Shown piece by piece: positions 52,559-53,931 of a stretch of DNA of 53,931 bases (position 1 is the stretch's first letter; each line of letters opens with the position of its first letter). A program made the position numbers and the translations under genes. Source of the DNA: a virus (taxonomy: Duplodnaviria > Caudoviricetes); IMG/VR virus record IMGVR_UViG_3300035667_000105, positions 1 through 53,931 of that record, one strand, 5' to 3'. The notes below the pieces were generated by a model. That model did not search any database, was not told where the DNA came from, and worked only from the letters and a program-made list of their open reading frames with translations.

Positions 52559-53931
52559 GGCAGCACCACGGCCGCAGGAATCGCCACGCCGAAGTCATAG
52601 GCCGCGCCGTCGACCAGGCGCACGAGGCAACCCCGCCCGTTCTTCGCGATTCTGGCCTTTGCCATTTTCGCGTATTTCCGGTTTTTCTCGATCAGGATGG
52701 AGTTGCGGCCTTTGAGAGCCGCCACCAGGCCGGTCGTGCCGGCGCCGGCGAAAGGATCGAGCACGATTCCGCCGGCGGGACAGCCGGCCAGGATGCACGG
52801 TTCGATCAGCGCCGGCGGGAACGTCGCGAAGTGGGCTTCCTTGAAGGGTTGGCTCGCGATCGACCAAACGCTGCGCTTGTTGCGCCTGGCTACCAGGCCG
52901 CCGGTTCCGATCGCTGCGTCGAACTTTTCGTTTTGCTTTGAAACGGTACCGGTACCGTTGCCATAATCACTCAGCTTGCGCCGGCCTAGGCGATGGACCG
53001 AGCCATGATGACCAGCGCCATCGTCCCAGCCTGTGGGCGCCAGAATCGGCGCGGCGGCCACACGCGCGTGGCTGTTCGGCGATGACGGCTCCATGATGGC
53101 TTCGAAGTCGTAATAGTAATCGAACCCGCTCCACAGATTAAACCGAAACCAATCTTTACCTACTTGCGGTTTTGCCGAGAGCTCGCGCGTAATCCGGTGG
53201 CGCCAGCGCCATTCGGGGGCTGGCTTATCCTCAACCCATATTCCGGTTTCGTCATGCCGCCAGAGCAATGTGTTTCCTGATTTTGTCAGCAGGAAAACGT
53301 ACTCGTGCGCGGTGGTTGGCCGGTCGTAAACCGTTTCCGGCATCGGGTTCTTTTTGTGCCACACGATGTCTCGGCGCAGATACCAGCCGGCTTCCTGCAG
53401 CGCGAGCGCGGCCCGCCATGGCATGCCCATGAGGTCCTTTTCCTTGAACCCGAGTGCAGCGGCGTCGAATGGGTTGTCGACGAAACGATGGTCGTAGCCA
53501 TCATCCTTGTATCGGGCGGCCGACCAGCCGCTGCGACGTGTCGCATATCTGTCGCCCATATTCAGCCAAAGGGTGCCATCATCGCGCAGTACCCTGCTGA
53601 CTTCGCGGAAAATCTCGACCATATGCGCGATGTAAAGTTGGTAGGTCGGCTCAAGGCCGAGGCATCCGCGCCAGGCAATGCAGCGGCGGCAGAAGCTCGA
53701 AGGGGACCGCGCTGGCTTACTACTTTTTTCCCACCTGTGCCGGCATCCGGGAGATCCGCCCCAGATCGAAGCCGCGACGCCGAAGTCCTGAGCGCCGTAG
53801 TAGGGCGGGCTGGTAGCGACGGTCTGCACAGATCCCGCCGGCATCCTGCGCAGCACGTCGAGGCAATCGCCGACGACGATCTCGACGGACGAAACAGACT
53901 TAAGATCGTTGGCTGAAAGCTGGAGGTTCAT
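52555..53931 (-). CDS. Orphan beta-class amino-DNA methyltransferase (N4-C/N6-A)
   Basis: TSPPY catalytic motif before DPFAGAGTT SAM motif; HFATFP. Confidence 0.92.
   Translation of the reverse strand: MNLQLSANDLKSVSSVEIVVGDCLDVLRRMPAGSVQTVATSPPYYGAQDFGVAASIWGGSPGCRHRWEKSSKPARSPSSFCRRCIAWRGCLGLEPTYQLYIAHMVEIFREVSRVLRDDGTLWLNMGDRYATRRSGWSAARYKDDGYDHRFVDNPFDAAALGFKEKDLMGMPWRAALALQEAGWYLRRDIVWHKKNPMPETVYDRPTTAHEYVFLLTKSGNTLLWRHDETGIWVEDKPAPEWRWRHRITRELSAKPQVGKDWFRFNLWSGFDYYYDFEAIMEPSSPNSHARVAAAPILAPTGWDDGAGHHGSVHRLGRRKLSDYGNGTGTVSKQNEKFDAAIGTGGLVARRNKRSVWSIASQPFKEAHFATFPPALIEPCILAGCPAGGIVLDPFAGAGTTGLVAALKGRNSILIEKNRKYAKMAKARIAKNGRGCLVRLVDGAAYDFGVAIPAAVVLP

Larger units (their letters stand above)
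1..53931. mobile_element. Prophage region (HK97-like head, long non-contractile GTA-like tail); boundaries probably extend beyond the window
   Basis: Integrase, CI/Cro switch, replication, terminase, portal, protease, capsid, tail, tape measure and lysis genes all present; no ordinary host operon seen. Confidence 0.97.

Noticed and set aside
1-53931. tRNA/rRNA genes, IS elements, attL/attR
   Set aside because: None recognised; the window starts and ends at gene boundaries, so att sites probably lie outside it.

Overview
GC-rich temperate siphophage-type prophage region, most likely from a Bradyrhizobium-like alphaproteobacterium (host inferred from the DnaB, GapR and LigD-cluster proteins). 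Left block (1-9102): tyrosine integrase broken by one in-frame TAA, excisionase-like gene, leftward early genes, a CI/Cro-like switch with three TCCT-N7-AGGA operators, a replication initiator with internal iterons, a GapR homologue and an HNH nuclease. Accessory block (9121-13133): stand-alone LigD behind EcfG-type promoter motifs. From 13385 to 39434 a complete-looking HK97-like late region lies on the minus strand: lysis cassette, two receptor-binding proteins, GTA-like tail with a -1 frameshift chaperone, head genes with an embedded glycosyltransferase, portal, terminase and packaging HNH. Right block (39431-53931): small-gene morons, a Cre-like recombinase, NusG, DnaB, ASCH, DUF5131 and DNA methyltransferases. 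The strongest novel signal is the Cre-like recombinase (40940-41866) with a perfect 34-bp 13-8-13 lox-like site (40653-40686), next to a duplicated hairpin-leader/basic-peptide cassette array. Other leads are the head-module glycosyltransferase, an acr-aca-like operon, and late/middle genes oriented opposite to the left-hand switch (large inversion or two nested prophages). All calls come from reading motifs by eye; no searches were run.
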